NCBI GenBank assembly: GCA_945948555.1
Contig: CAMFBM010000003.1
Span: forward strand, 7,839-71,838
Length of the DNA: 64,000 bases
From: an uncultured Bacteroidales bacterium
GTDB taxonomy: Bacteria > Bacteroidota > Bacteroidia > Bacteroidales > UBA932
Direction: 5' to 3'
The position numbers and the translations under genes were made by a program. Position 1 is the first letter of the stretch. Every line of letters begins with the position of its first letter. This document shows, piece after piece, positions 28,138 through 38,463 of the stretch. Under the pieces are notes generated by a model. It was given only the letters and a program-made list of their open reading frames with translations, was not told the origin of the DNA and did not search any database.

Positions 28138-28209
28138 CAGTCCCTTTGGGAAAAATCTTGTCAGAAAGACGGAAACACCTGCGTAAGCAGGCCCTGAAGG
28201 AGTTTCAAA

Positions 28210-28282
28210 GCCAGTTTAGCTTAGTTGGTAGAGCATCGCATTCGTAACGCGAAGGTCGTGGGTTCGACTCCCATAGCTGGCT
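28210..28282 (+). tRNA. tRNA-Thr (anticodon CGT)
   Basis: Cloverleaf: acceptor GCCAGTT/AGCTGGC, D arm, anticodon loop TT-CGT-AA, T loop TTCGACT. CCA is not encoded. Confidence 0.93.
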
Positions 28283-28303
28283 CCCAAGATTTTTTCAGAA
28301 CAG

Positions 28304-28330
28304 AATTGCCCGGCATCCCCGGGCAATTTT
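28304..28330 (+). terminator. Terminator after tRNA-Thr
   Basis: AATTGCCCGG...CCGGGCAATT hairpin followed by T residues. Confidence 0.7.
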
Positions 28331-28351
28331 CGAAAATCAACACTTATTCAG

Positions 28352-29449
28352 ATGAATCAGAAACACCGCTACCTTCTACTGGACGGTCTGAGAGGAGTTG
28401 CTGCCCTGATGGTTGTCTGCTTCCATTTCTTTGAAGCCTTCGCCACAAGCCCGGCAGACCAGAAATTCAATCACGGGTACCTCGCAGTGGATTTCTTCTT
28501 CGTACTTTCCGGATTCGTGATGGGATATGCCTACGATGACCGCTGGAAATCAATGTCCGTCAAGGACTTCTTCCGGCGCCGTCTGGTCCGTCTCCATCCG
28601 ATGCTCATCCTGGGAGTCCTCCTGGGCACCGTCTCATTCCTGATTCAGGGCAGTGTCCGCTGGGACGGGACGGCAGTGCCCGCGACAATGATTCTTGTGG
28701 CAGTGATTCTTAACCTGCTTATGCTCCCGGTGATTCCCGGAACAGCAGCCGATGTCAGGGGCAACGGGGAGATGTTTCCTCTGAACGGCCCTGCCTGGTC
28801 CCTCTTTTTCGAATACATAGGCAACATAATGTACGCTCTTTGCCTCCGCCGTCTTTCGACTAAATGGCTCACTGCCTTCACAGTGCTCTGCGGAGTGTCC
28901 CTTGCAGCGTTCACCCTAGCCAACGGCTCCGGATTCTGGAACATAGGCGTGGGCTGGACTCTTGCCGGACACAATTTCATCGGAGGCTTTCTCCGGATGT
29001 CCTTCTCATTCTCTGCCGGTCTTCTGCTCTCCCGCAACTGCCGGACAATAAAAGTCAAGGGCGCATTTCTGATTTGCGCACTCATGATAGTCTCCCTTCT
29101 TTCGGTACCGTATCTCGGAACAGAGACGATGCCTTGGATCAACGGTATATTTGACCTTGTGTGCATCCTCGGTGTGTTCCCGGCCCTGGTACTGCTTGGA
29201 GCCGGAGGCTCCGCAGAAGGAAATATATCTTCGAAAATATGTTCTTTTGTCGGGGAGATCTCATATCCCTTATATATAATACATTATCCTTTTATGTACC
29301 TGTTCTATGCCTACGTCTGGAAAAACGGCCTGGCCTTCCGTGACGTCTGGTACATAGCCCTCGGGATTTTCATCATCTGCATACTCACGGCATGGGCGGC
29401 ATCCCGTCTCTACGACCGTCCTGTACGCCGCTATCTCAGCCGTCGCTAA
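28352..29449 (+). CDS. Acyltransferase family 3 (OafA-like) membrane protein
   Basis: LDGLRGVAAL, GYLAVDFFFVLSGFV, RRLVRLHP, NGPAWSLFFEY and ISYPLYIIH. Confidence 0.92.
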   Translation: MNQKHRYLLLDGLRGVAALMVVCFHFFEAFATSPADQKFNHGYLAVDFFFVLSGFVMGYAYDDRWKSMSVKDFFRRRLVRLHPMLILGVLLGTVSFLIQGSVRWDGTAVPATMILVAVILNLLMLPVIPGTAADVRGNGEMFPLNGPAWSLFFEYIGNIMYALCLRRLSTKWLTAFTVLCGVSLAAFTLANGSGFWNIGVGWTLAGHNFIGGFLRMSFSFSAGLLLSRNCRTIKVKGAFLICALMIVSLLSVPYLGTETMPWINGIFDLVCILGVFPALVLLGAGGSAEGNISSKICSFVGEISYPLYIIHYPFMYLFYAYVWKNGLAFRDVWYIALGIFIICILTAWAASRLYDRPVRRYLSRR

Positions 29450-30150
29450 TTCTTAAGGTAATATGTAACCGAAGAGACGACCCTGACTTTCTTGATGTAA
29501 GGGGTGTTGCTGTCGCGATTCTCGATTGTGAAGGTCCCCTGGCTTGCAGTCTTGATCTTTCCGAGCCTGCTGTCAGAGTCCTTCGCGAATTTCTGAGCGG
29601 CCTCGCGGGCATTCCTTGTCGCCTCCTCAATCATCTCCGGCTTGATTTCGTTCAGACCTTCATACTTGAACTCCACCTGATTCTCCCAGGTGTTTCCGCT
29701 TGTGACAACACCTTTTTTCAGGAGTTCAGGCTGCCTTTCCATCAGTTTCAGAATCTGGTCAACCTTTCCGGTGCAGACAGTCACCACGTTCGATGCGATG
29801 TAGCGGTAGGTCCTGTCGTTGTCCCCATACTCATTGGCATACTTGTCGGAAATCACAGGAACCGAGACCGTTATCTCCTCTGCCGGAATACCTCCTGAAA
29901 CAAGGAAGTCCACAATTGCGGAATTGTTCTGGTCAATCTGCCCGTAAATGGACTGGATGTCATTGCCCATCACCTTGTAGCACACCGGCCAGATGACCTT
30001 GTCCGCCTTCACCTCCTTTTCGCAAAGTCCTTTCACATTGACAGTCCGGTCATAGGAGCGGAATTCGCTCACAGCCTTCGGCAGCATCGCTCCGAGTACG
30101 ATCAGGCCGACCATTATCGCCAGACCGCTGTAGAATTTTCCCTTGTCCAT
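29446..30150 (-). CDS. SIMPL-domain protein
   Basis: RTVNVKGLCEKEVKAD, IKPEMIEEATRNAREAAQKFAKDS and KKVRVVSSVTY. Confidence 0.88.
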   Translation of the reverse strand: MDKGKFYSGLAIMVGLIVLGAMLPKAVSEFRSYDRTVNVKGLCEKEVKADKVIWPVCYKVMGNDIQSIYGQIDQNNSAIVDFLVSGGIPAEEITVSVPVISDKYANEYGDNDRTYRYIASNVVTVCTGKVDQILKLMERQPELLKKGVVTSGNTWENQVEFKYEGLNEIKPEMIEEATRNAREAAQKFAKDSDSRLGKIKTASQGTFTIENRDSNTPYIKKVRVVSSVTYYLKN

Positions 30151-30372
30151 AGAATGATATTTTTTTTGAAATGAATGTTTCAAAATTCAAAACCACGCCA
30201 ATGTATTCACAAATCATACCAGGTTGTTTTTTGAAGATTCCTAAGTGCTGATTATGCTGAAATTGTCCGGATAATCTCTCTTGGAATCTTGCGGGGATGT
30301 GGAAGATGAATCTTTTTCCTATATTTGCAGGGCTGTTCAAAAAAGACGCGATAATTACATAATTGACACGAT

Positions 30373-32115
30373 ATGAGAAACCAATCCATTATTTACATTT
30401 TTGCAGCTGCACTAGCTCTCTCGTGTACCGGAAACGGCGGCAACGTGTTTGTCGAGGCGGCGGATCCCGTTGAAGTAAGACAGATTGATTCCACTCTGTG
30501 GGATGCCGCTCCGGACGGGTTACAGGCAATGTGGGTAAGTTCTGACTATGCCTATTCTCGCAGTGCCTATCCTGTGACCGATTCTCCTGATGTGCTGAGA
30601 CTTACTGCCTGGAAAGGGGAGAGGGTCAGCGGAGAGTTCCTGCTGTGGAGCCGTGAGGGAGTCAGAAATGTCCGCTGCCTGGCCGGAGTTCTTGAGTCAG
30701 AGGACGGGGCGAGGATTGACAACGGGGCTTTCTGCCGTTTTGTCCGTTACACGCTTGCTGATGCGCCTGCCCCAGAGTGCAAGTGCAACAGAAAGGAAGG
30801 ACATCCGGCGGTCCTGGTTCCGGATCTGCTTGACGATGTGACTTCGCTTGACATAGAGGGCCGGACAGTCCGTCCGGTGTGGTTCTCCCTGGATGTGCCC
30901 GCTGATGCGGCTGCCGGAAAATATACCGCTGAAGTCGTTGTGAAAGCCGGATGCAGGAAGGTAGGAAAACTTCCTGTGGAACTGACCGTTGTTGACAGGG
31001 TCCTCCCTCCGGTTTGTGACTGGACTTACCATCTGGACCTCTGGCAGCATCCTTCGGCGGTGGCACGTGCAAGGGGAGTGGACGAGTGGAGTGATGAGCA
31101 TTTCGCAGCCCTGCGCGAGGAAATGACTCCTCTGGCCGAGGCAGGACAGAAGGTCATCACCTGCACTCTGAACCGTGACCCGTGGAATCATCAATGCTAT
31201 GATGCTTACGGAGATATGATTCGCTGGACAAAGCACTCCGACGGAACCTGGAGCTATGACTATGAGGTCTTTGACCGCTGGGTTTCCCTGATGATGTCCT
31301 TGGGAATCAACAAGATGATAAACTGCTATTCTATGGTGCCGTGGAACTGCCTTCTGGACTACTTCGATGAGGCTTCCTCTCAGACCGTGACTGTGAAGGC
31401 TGACCCGGGTACAGCTGAATTTGAACAGATGTGGAAGCCTTTCCTAGTGGATTTCAAAGGACATCTTCAGGAGAAGGGCTGGCTGGAAATCACCAACATC
31501 GCAATGGATGAAAGGTCGCCTGAGCAGATGGATGCAGCAGTCCGCGTTCTTGCAGAATGTGCGCCGGAAATGGGCTTTGCAATAGCGGACAATCACGCTT
31601 CCTACCGCAAATATACTATGATGAGGGATGTCTGCGTTGCAATGAGGCATCCTATGGATCAGGAAGACATCGTTATGAGGAAGGAACAGGGATTCAATTC
31701 CACCTTCTATGTCTGCTGCAGCACTCATTATCCGAACACCTTCACTTTCTCGCAGCCTTACGAATCGGAACTTCTCATCTACTACGGAGAGGCTGTCGGA
31801 TATGACGGTATGCTGAGGTGGGCCTACAATTCCTGGCCTGCAGATCCGGCTTACGATTCAAGGTTCGGGTCCTTTGCATCCGGAGACACCTATTTCACCT
31901 ATCCGGGAGCACGCTCGTCAGTAAGATTCGAAAAACTCAGGGACGGAATCGAGAATGCCGAGAAAATCAGGACATTGAGGGCTGTCGGAGATGAGTCCAC
32001 CCTCAAGGACCTTGACGCAATCCTCACTCCGTTCACGACCGGAGACACTGCCGACGAGTCCTGTCACTGGGCCCGTACCGTCGCTCTTGCTACCGACGCT
32101 CTCAACAGGTTGTAG
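30373..32115 (+). CDS. DUF4091/GH123-like glycoside hydrolase lipoprotein
   Basis: Lipobox ALALSC, AWKGERVS, HLDLWQHP, adjacent acidic pair IAMDERS, RWAYNSW and SGDTYFTYPG...SVRFEKLRDGIE. Confidence 0.8.
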   Translation: MRNQSIIYIFAAALALSCTGNGGNVFVEAADPVEVRQIDSTLWDAAPDGLQAMWVSSDYAYSRSAYPVTDSPDVLRLTAWKGERVSGEFLLWSREGVRNVRCLAGVLESEDGARIDNGAFCRFVRYTLADAPAPECKCNRKEGHPAVLVPDLLDDVTSLDIEGRTVRPVWFSLDVPADAAAGKYTAEVVVKAGCRKVGKLPVELTVVDRVLPPVCDWTYHLDLWQHPSAVARARGVDEWSDEHFAALREEMTPLAEAGQKVITCTLNRDPWNHQCYDAYGDMIRWTKHSDGTWSYDYEVFDRWVSLMMSLGINKMINCYSMVPWNCLLDYFDEASSQTVTVKADPGTAEFEQMWKPFLVDFKGHLQEKGWLEITNIAMDERSPEQMDAAVRVLAECAPEMGFAIADNHASYRKYTMMRDVCVAMRHPMDQEDIVMRKEQGFNSTFYVCCSTHYPNTFTFSQPYESELLIYYGEAVGYDGMLRWAYNSWPADPAYDSRFGSFASGDTYFTYPGARSSVRFEKLRDGIENAEKIRTLRAVGDESTLKDLDAILTPFTTGDTADESCHWARTVALATDALNRL

Positions 32116-32125
32116 GAATCTTCAA

Positions 32126-33793
32126 TCAGCTGAGACCTTCTATGAGTCCCCCAATCACGTCAATTCGAAGTGCTTGCGGACTGGCAGGAAGCCCGGGCAT
32201 ACGGATGATGTCCCCGGCGATGGCTACAATCATCTCTGAGCCGGCATTGATGACGATGTCCCTGATCTCGAAATTGAATCCTTCCGGAGCGCCGTACTCT
32301 TTTGGATCCTGTGAGAAAGAGTACTGTGTCTTGGCGATGCAGACAGGGAAGTGGCCGTAGCCACTTTGGGTTGCTGCTTTCAGTTTGCGCAGGGCTGTTG
32401 CAGAGAAACTCACGGAAGCTGCCCCGTAGATTCCTTTGGCTACTTTGGTTATCTTGTCTGTCAGGCTGTCACCGTCCTCGTATGTAAAGCGGAGTTCTGC
32501 AGATGGATTTTCGTCAATTGTCCTGACTGCCAGACTGGCAAGCTCCCGTGCTCCCTCTCCGCCTTCCATGAAGGCATTGTTCAGGGCAAAAGGTACATTG
32601 ATGGATTCACAGTATTCCCTGACTATGTCCAACTCGTCCCGGGTGTCGGATGCGAACTTGTTCAGGCAGACGATGACGCTCTGGCCGAAGCTCCTGATGT
32701 TGCGGATGTGCCTGCCAAGATTCGCAAGTCCTTTACGGACACCTTCTGCATCCGGCTCCTTGATTTTGTCCACGGGAGTCCCGCCGTGCATCTTCAGACC
32801 GTTCAGCGTTGCAACGAGCACGGTCAGATCCGGTTTCAGCCCGCTTTTGCGGCATTTCACATTGTAGAATTTTTCTGCTCCCAGGTCCGCACCGAAGCCC
32901 GCCTCGGTAATGACATAGTCCCCGAAGGTCATTGCCGTCTTTGTGGCAATTACGGTGTTGCATCCGTGTGCAATGTTGGCGAAAGGACCACCGTGAACAA
33001 ATGCCGGGGTCCCCTCGGTCGTCTGCACGAGGTTCGGCTTGATGGCATCCAGAAGAAGGGAAACGATGGCCCCTGTCACCCCAAGGTCATTCACAGTGAA
33101 AGGGGTGTCGTCAAAACGATAGCCCAGGAGGATATTCCCGATTCTTCTGCGGAGGTCGTCCAGATTCTCTGACAGACAGAGGATTGCCATTATCTCCGAA
33201 GCCGGGGTAATGTCAAAGCCGGATTCCTGTGTAAGGCCGTTTGTGCGAGGCCCCAGTCCTGTCACTATGCTTCTCAAGGACCTGTCGTTCACGTCAAGTA
33301 CACGCTTCCAGAGCACTTCCTTGAGGGCAAATCCCTCTGACTGATGCTGGTAGAGGTAATTGTCCAGAAGTGCCGCAATCATATTGTGAGCAGAAGTGAC
33401 CGCGTGGAAATCCCCGGTGAAATGCAGGTTGATCTTCTCCATCGGAAGCACCTGTGCATATCCTCCTCCGGCAGCGCCTCCCTTCATCCCGAAACAAGGT
33501 CCGAGGGAAGGCTCCCTCAATGCCACAACCGCTTTTTTCCCTATTTTGTTGAGTCCGAGTGCAAGACCCACCGAGACAGTAGTTTTGCCGATTCCGGCCT
33601 TGGTCGCAGTGATTGCCGTCACGAGAATGAGTTTGCTGCGTTTAACTCTGGCAGGGTCGATCAGATTCTCCGGAATCTTTGCCATATATTTACCGTAAGG
33701 TTCCAGAATCTCTTCCGGAATATTGAGGTCCTGTGCAACTTCATTGATTCGGCGCATCTGGATGCTCCGCGCGATTTCTATGTCCGGCTTCAT
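32126..33793 (-). CDS. fhs: Formate-tetrahydrofolate ligase
   Basis: [50 protein letters not shown] and RMPGLP. Confidence 0.97.
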   Translation of the reverse strand: MKPDIEIARSIQMRRINEVAQDLNIPEEILEPYGKYMAKIPENLIDPARVKRSKLILVTAITATKAGIGKTTVSVGLALGLNKIGKKAVVALREPSLGPCFGMKGGAAGGGYAQVLPMEKINLHFTGDFHAVTSAHNMIAALLDNYLYQHQSEGFALKEVLWKRVLDVNDRSLRSIVTGLGPRTNGLTQESGFDITPASEIMAILCLSENLDDLRRRIGNILLGYRFDDTPFTVNDLGVTGAIVSLLLDAIKPNLVQTTEGTPAFVHGGPFANIAHGCNTVIATKTAMTFGDYVITEAGFGADLGAEKFYNVKCRKSGLKPDLTVLVATLNGLKMHGGTPVDKIKEPDAEGVRKGLANLGRHIRNIRSFGQSVIVCLNKFASDTRDELDIVREYCESINVPFALNNAFMEGGEGARELASLAVRTIDENPSAELRFTYEDGDSLTDKITKVAKGIYGAASVSFSATALRKLKAATQSGYGHFPVCIAKTQYSFSQDPKEYGAPEGFNFEIRDIVINAGSEMIVAIAGDIIRMPGLPASPQALRIDVIGGLIEGLS

Positions 33794-33860
33794 ATTTCTT
33801 TATATTTATATAATATTCAATATATTATAATACTTTATATAAACTATATATTTATATTTC

Positions 33861-35162
33861 TTATTTCTTATAGTACTTCGGCCATAAGGACGAGAGCCGG
33901 CTGTGCATTTCTACCTCCTTGCGGTTGTCGGCCGGTTCATAGAATACCTCGCCGGCGAGGGCAGATGGCATAAATTCCAGGTCTGCCCAATGTCCCGGAT
34001 AATCGTGGGCATACTTGTATCCGTCGGCATAGCCGAGCTCTTCCATAAGTTTGGTAGGGGCATTCCTCAGGTAGAGGGGAACCGGCTCCACAGGAGTCTG
34101 CTTTGCCCGTTCAATTGCCTTGTTGATTGCAGCGTAGGCTGAATTGCTCTTTGGTGAGGAAGCAAGGTAGATTGTGGCTTCGGCAAGGGGAATCCGTGCC
34201 TCCGGCATACCTATGCTGTGCACAATCCTGAAACAGGAATCCGCAAGCAGAAGAGCGTTGGGATTGGCAAGGCCGATGTCTTCGGCTGCCAGGATGCATA
34301 GTCTCCGGGCAATGAAAAGCGGGTCCTCACCCCCGTTGAGCATCCTTGCAAGGTAGTACACGGCCGCATTGGGGTCGGAACCGCGCACGCTTTTGATGAA
34401 GGCGGAGATGATGTCATAGTGCATTTCCCCGTCCTTGTCATAGACGGCCACATTTTCCTGAAGGCAGGCAGTCACCGTCTTGTTGTCAATCACGGCGGTT
34501 TCCCCGGAACCGAATGTTCCGATGACCATCTCGAGGATATTCAGGAGCTTTCTTGCATCCCCTCCGCTGTACCTGAGGATGGCATCATCTTCCCTGATTT
34601 CGATTTTCCGGTTCCTGAGAACCTCGTCAGTGGTTGTGGCCCGCTTCAGGAGGGATTCAAGGTCATCCTTGTCAAGCGGCTTGAGGACAAAGACCTGGCA
34701 TCTTGACAAAAGTGGAGTGATTACCTCAAATGAAGGGTTCTCCGTGGTCGCTCCGATGAGAACTACCGTCCCGTCCTCCACGGCCCCGAGCAGGGCATCC
34801 TGCTGCGATTTGCTGAAGCGGTGTATTTCGTCGATGAAGAGTATGGGGGACTGCCCGCCGGAAAACAGATTGCTGCCTTTTGCCCTCTCAATGACCTCGC
34901 GTACTTCCTTCACCCCGGCGCTGACTGCCGACAGGGTGTGGAATTCCCTCTTCAGAGATTTGGCAACGATTCTTGCAAGAGTGGTTTTTCCAACTCCGGG
35001 AGGCCCCCACAAAATGAAGGAACTCAGATTCCCGGTGCTGAGCATATTCCTCAGTACGCATCCCTCACCGATGAGGTGCTTCTGCCCGACATAATCGTCA
35101 AGACTCTGCGGTCTCATCCTCTCCGGAAGGGGAGGAAGCATCCTGTTAAAGTTCCCGTCCAT
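33861..35162 (-). CDS. rarA: Replication-associated recombination protein A (MgsA)
   Basis: PLPERMRP, GPPGVGKTT, IDEIHRFSKSQQD, GATTENPSFEV and YDIISAFIKSVRGSDP. Confidence 0.96.
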   Translation of the reverse strand: MDGNFNRMLPPLPERMRPQSLDDYVGQKHLIGEGCVLRNMLSTGNLSSFILWGPPGVGKTTLARIVAKSLKREFHTLSAVSAGVKEVREVIERAKGSNLFSGGQSPILFIDEIHRFSKSQQDALLGAVEDGTVVLIGATTENPSFEVITPLLSRCQVFVLKPLDKDDLESLLKRATTTDEVLRNRKIEIREDDAILRYSGGDARKLLNILEMVIGTFGSGETAVIDNKTVTACLQENVAVYDKDGEMHYDIISAFIKSVRGSDPNAAVYYLARMLNGGEDPLFIARRLCILAAEDIGLANPNALLLADSCFRIVHSIGMPEARIPLAEATIYLASSPKSNSAYAAINKAIERAKQTPVEPVPLYLRNAPTKLMEELGYADGYKYAHDYPGHWADLEFMPSALAGEVFYEPADNRKEVEMHSRLSSLWPKYYKK

Positions 35163-36279
35163 ACACTCTTCTTCGTTTGTGCTGCTCGTACTCGAAGCCG
35201 TCCCACATTCCCTGCACCTTCAGATTGGTCTCCAGTTCGGCATTGCTTTCGGCGTACTTGAACCCGAGTCTGCTCACCCTGGTGAAAAGGTCTGCGAAAA
35301 GCATTGAATTGACTCCTTTGTTCTGGTACTCGGGTTTGACCGCCACAAGGAGAAGGTCCATCGTGTCGTCCCGCTTGAAATACATACTTCTGAGGATGTG
35401 GAACCATCCGAACGGGAACAGCTTGCCTCCGCTCTTTTGAAGAGCTTTGGACATCGATGGCATTGTCACTCCTGCCGCCACCAGTTCACCAGCTTCATTC
35501 TCGATGAAGGAAACCATCTCAAGGTCAACCACCTGCAGCCAGGTCCTGACATACTGGTCGATTTGCCTGTCTGACAACTTCGAGAAACCGTACAGGACAC
35601 AGTAGGTCTCGTTGATGAGATGGAAGAATTTGTGTCCGAGTTTCTCTTCCTTTATTGCCTTGTGAGTCACCTTCTTGTAGTGAAGGTTGTTCTTTGTCCT
35701 GACAATCTCCGCAATCCTCGTGAGTCTTTCCGGAAGGACTTCCGGAATCTTGATTCTGAACTCCAGCCAGTCAATTACTTTTCTCAGTCCGATTGCCTCC
35801 AGATGTTCCTTGTAGTAGGGATAATGGTAGCGGCAGACCATCGTTGAAAGTCTGTCAAATCCCTCCACAAGCAGTCCCTCCGGGTCGAAATCGGTGAATC
35901 CGAGCGGTCCTGCAATTTCCTCCATGCCTCTTTCCCGTCCCCACTCGGCAACCGTCTCCACAAGGGCCTCTGAAACCCTCCTGTCGTCAATGAAATCAAT
36001 CCATCCGTAGCGGACCTCCTTCTTGCCCCAGGTCTCATTCGCCTTCCTGTTTATGATGGCGGCGACCCTTCCTACAACCTTTCCGTCCTCATTCTCAGCA
36101 AGAAAGCACTCACAGTCGCAGAATTCGAACGCTGCGTTCTTCCTGCGGTCGAATGTTGCGGTTTCGTCAGTCCTGAGCGCGGGAGCATAGTAAGGACATC
36201 CCTTGTACAATGCATCAGGAAATGCAATGAATCTTTTTAAGTCTCTTTTCGACTGTACGGGTTTGATAGTCGGTTTCAT
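35146..36279 (-). CDS. YghO-like GNAT N-acetyltransferase
   Basis: VGRVAAIINR, GPLGFTDFDPEGLLVEGF, VKPEYQNKG and ELETN. Start set at MKPTIK. Confidence 0.8.
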   Translation of the reverse strand: MKPTIKPVQSKRDLKRFIAFPDALYKGCPYYAPALRTDETATFDRRKNAAFEFCDCECFLAENEDGKVVGRVAAIINRKANETWGKKEVRYGWIDFIDDRRVSEALVETVAEWGRERGMEEIAGPLGFTDFDPEGLLVEGFDRLSTMVCRYHYPYYKEHLEAIGLRKVIDWLEFRIKIPEVLPERLTRIAEIVRTKNNLHYKKVTHKAIKEEKLGHKFFHLINETYCVLYGFSKLSDRQIDQYVRTWLQVVDLEMVSFIENEAGELVAAGVTMPSMSKALQKSGGKLFPFGWFHILRSMYFKRDDTMDLLLVAVKPEYQNKGVNSMLFADLFTRVSRLGFKYAESNAELETNLKVQGMWDGFEYEQHKRRRVYGREL

Positions 36280-36413
36280 ATATTGGGGGTTAGGTTCTTC
36301 GGGAATTTTCAAAGTTCCCGGGTTCAGTACAACTCGGCAAAGATAAACAAAAAGTCATATATGGTTATAAGAAAAATTGCTAAATTCGCGGCTTGAAAAA
36401 TGGAATGAAAGAT

Positions 36414-37817
36414 ATGACAGGGAAGAAGACCAAGATTATTTGCACAATTTCTGACATAAATTGTGAGGTGGATTTTATCCGCCAGTTGTTTGAAAGTGGT
36501 ATGAACGTCGCGAGAATCAATTCCGCGCACGCTTCCATAGAAGGAGCCCAAAGGGTTGTTGACAACATCAGGGCGGTCTCGGACAAGATTGCCATCCTGG
36601 TTGACACCAAGGGACCGGAGGTCCGTTTGACGGCGATGGAATCTTCAGTCGGCTTTGTGGCACGTCCCGGTTCGGAAATCATCATCGAGAACGGCCCTGA
36701 CCTTCTTTGTTCGGCACATGTGCTGCGCACGACCTGCCCCACCTTCGTTGAGGATGTCCCCGCAGGTTCTCACGTTCTGATTGACGACGGTGCCATAGAC
36801 CTTCTGGTGGAGGAGAAGACCGAAGGAAGGCTGTTGTGCAGGGCACTGAACGGCGGAGTCATCAAAGGGAAGAAGAGCGTGAATGTGCCGAATGTTCACA
36901 TCTCCCTTCCGGCCCTGACTGAAAAAGACCGGAAATTCCTCGATTGGGCAATCAGCGCGGACATTGACTTCATCGCGCACTCATTTGTGAGAAGCAAAGA
37001 GGATCTGATTGAGATTCAAGAGATTCTGAATGCCGGGAAAAGCCACATCAAGATCATTTCGAAAATCGAGAACCAGCAGGGCATTGACAATCTCGATGAA
37101 ATCCTCACCTACTGCTATGGAGTGATGGTTGCAAGGGGAGACCTCGGAGTGGAAATACCCGCCGAGAAGATTCCTCTTGTCCAGAAGCACATCATCCAGA
37201 AATGCCGTACCCGCAAGAAACCGGTGATTATCGCCACCCAGATGCTCCACAGCATGATTGAGAATCCGAGACCTACCAGGGCCGAGGTGACTGATGTGGC
37301 CAATGCCATCTTCCAGAGGACCGATGCGATAATGCTCAGCGGGGAGACAGCGAGCGGGAAGTACCCTGTGGAAGCCGTAAGGACGATGTGCCGCATCGCG
37401 AAGGAGGCGGAAAGTTCAGTTGACACATCCCTTGACCTGAACCTTGAGAAGGTGACCAAGCCGATTGCAGCTGTACTTGCCCGCTCGATTGTCGCAGCTA
37501 CAACTGAAATCCCACTGAAGGCGATCATCTTCGATACCTGGACGGGTCGCACCGGACGTTACCTTGCCGAGTTCAGACCTAAGGTCCCTATTTATGCAAT
37601 GTGCTACAATTCCTACACAATGAGGGAGTTGAATCTTACTTACGACATCTATGCCTACAAGTTTGACGTGCAGAAGAGCAAAGAGGATATGGTAGAGAAG
37701 TCAATCAGCATCCTTCTTGAAGATGGACGCATTCAAAAAGGTGACCTTGTGGGATTCATCGGAGGAAGCTTCAACGATGAACTCGGGGCAACCTACATGG
37801 AGTTCAAGTATGTCTGA
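36414..37817 (+). CDS. pyk: Pyruvate kinase
   Basis: KTKIICTI, NVARIN, DTKGPEVR, KIENQQG, MVARGDLGVE, ATQMLHSM and MLSGETASG. Start could be 36405. Confidence 0.96.
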   Translation: MTGKKTKIICTISDINCEVDFIRQLFESGMNVARINSAHASIEGAQRVVDNIRAVSDKIAILVDTKGPEVRLTAMESSVGFVARPGSEIIIENGPDLLCSAHVLRTTCPTFVEDVPAGSHVLIDDGAIDLLVEEKTEGRLLCRALNGGVIKGKKSVNVPNVHISLPALTEKDRKFLDWAISADIDFIAHSFVRSKEDLIEIQEILNAGKSHIKIISKIENQQGIDNLDEILTYCYGVMVARGDLGVEIPAEKIPLVQKHIIQKCRTRKKPVIIATQMLHSMIENPRPTRAEVTDVANAIFQRTDAIMLSGETASGKYPVEAVRTMCRIAKEAESSVDTSLDLNLEKVTKPIAAVLARSIVAATTEIPLKAIIFDTWTGRTGRYLAEFRPKVPIYAMCYNSYTMRELNLTYDIYAYKFDVQKSKEDMVEKSISILLEDGRIQKGDLVGFIGGSFNDELGATYMEFKYV

Positions 37818-37837
37818 CAAATCCCGGAGGACAGGTA

Positions 37838-38458
37838 ATGCGAATCCTGCGCGGAGCAATCACGGTCTTGGCTGCGGCGATACTTTTCGTCGCGGACATT
37901 TCTGCGCGCCCACGCACCGCAACATCCGGCAATCCGGATTCCGATACCGCAGATAACTGCACAACTGATTCCGGCACAGCGGATTCGCAATCTGCCGGTC
38001 CACGCACAGCCGGTGCCGTTTTTTCCTTTTACCGTACCGGAATCGAGTACGGCCACACATTGAAGGGGAAGGCTTTCTGGAACATCGGAATCGGGGTGGA
38101 GTACGGCAGTTCGGTCTTCTACAGGAACCTGACCCCGGGCGTTAGCCTGGATTTCGTGTACAACTATATCCTCAGGAACTGGAAGTCCGCGGCGGGGGAG
38201 GCAGTCTTATATGCCGGACCCGGGCTGAAGGTCGGGTATGGCAGTGACGGAAAGGAAAATGCTGGCCTGATTCTGGGACTCATCGGAAATCTCGGTTTCG
38301 ATTTCAGGTTCCAGCTCCCTGTGACAATCTCAGTTGCAATCAAACCGTCCCTGGGGCTTCATCTCAGGGGAGAGGACAACAATTTCTCCCTCGGACTTTA
38401 CAGGAACGGGCTTATTCTCGGGCTGACCCCTGAAGTCGGAATAAAATACAGTTTCTGA
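37838..38458 (+). CDS. Hypothetical outer-membrane beta-barrel protein with low-complexity N-terminus
   Basis: Signal peptide, Thr/Asp/Ser linker, LYAGPG and C-terminal EVGIKYSF. Confidence 0.7.
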   Translation: MRILRGAITVLAAAILFVADISARPRTATSGNPDSDTADNCTTDSGTADSQSAGPRTAGAVFSFYRTGIEYGHTLKGKAFWNIGIGVEYGSSVFYRNLTPGVSLDFVYNYILRNWKSAAGEAVLYAGPGLKVGYGSDGKENAGLILGLIGNLGFDFRFQLPVTISVAIKPSLGLHLRGEDNNFSLGLYRNGLILGLTPEVGIKYSF

Positions 38459-38463
38459 AGGTT

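Noticed and set aside
28210-29449. tRNA-Thr as an integration site for an island
   Set aside because: No integrase, no duplicated tRNA 3' end, and the downstream genes are ordinary chromosomal functions.
33794-33860. Nearly GC-free spacer before fhs as a THF riboswitch or regulatory RNA
   Set aside because: Too short and unstructured; it fits an ordinary A/U-rich Bacteroidota translation-initiation region.
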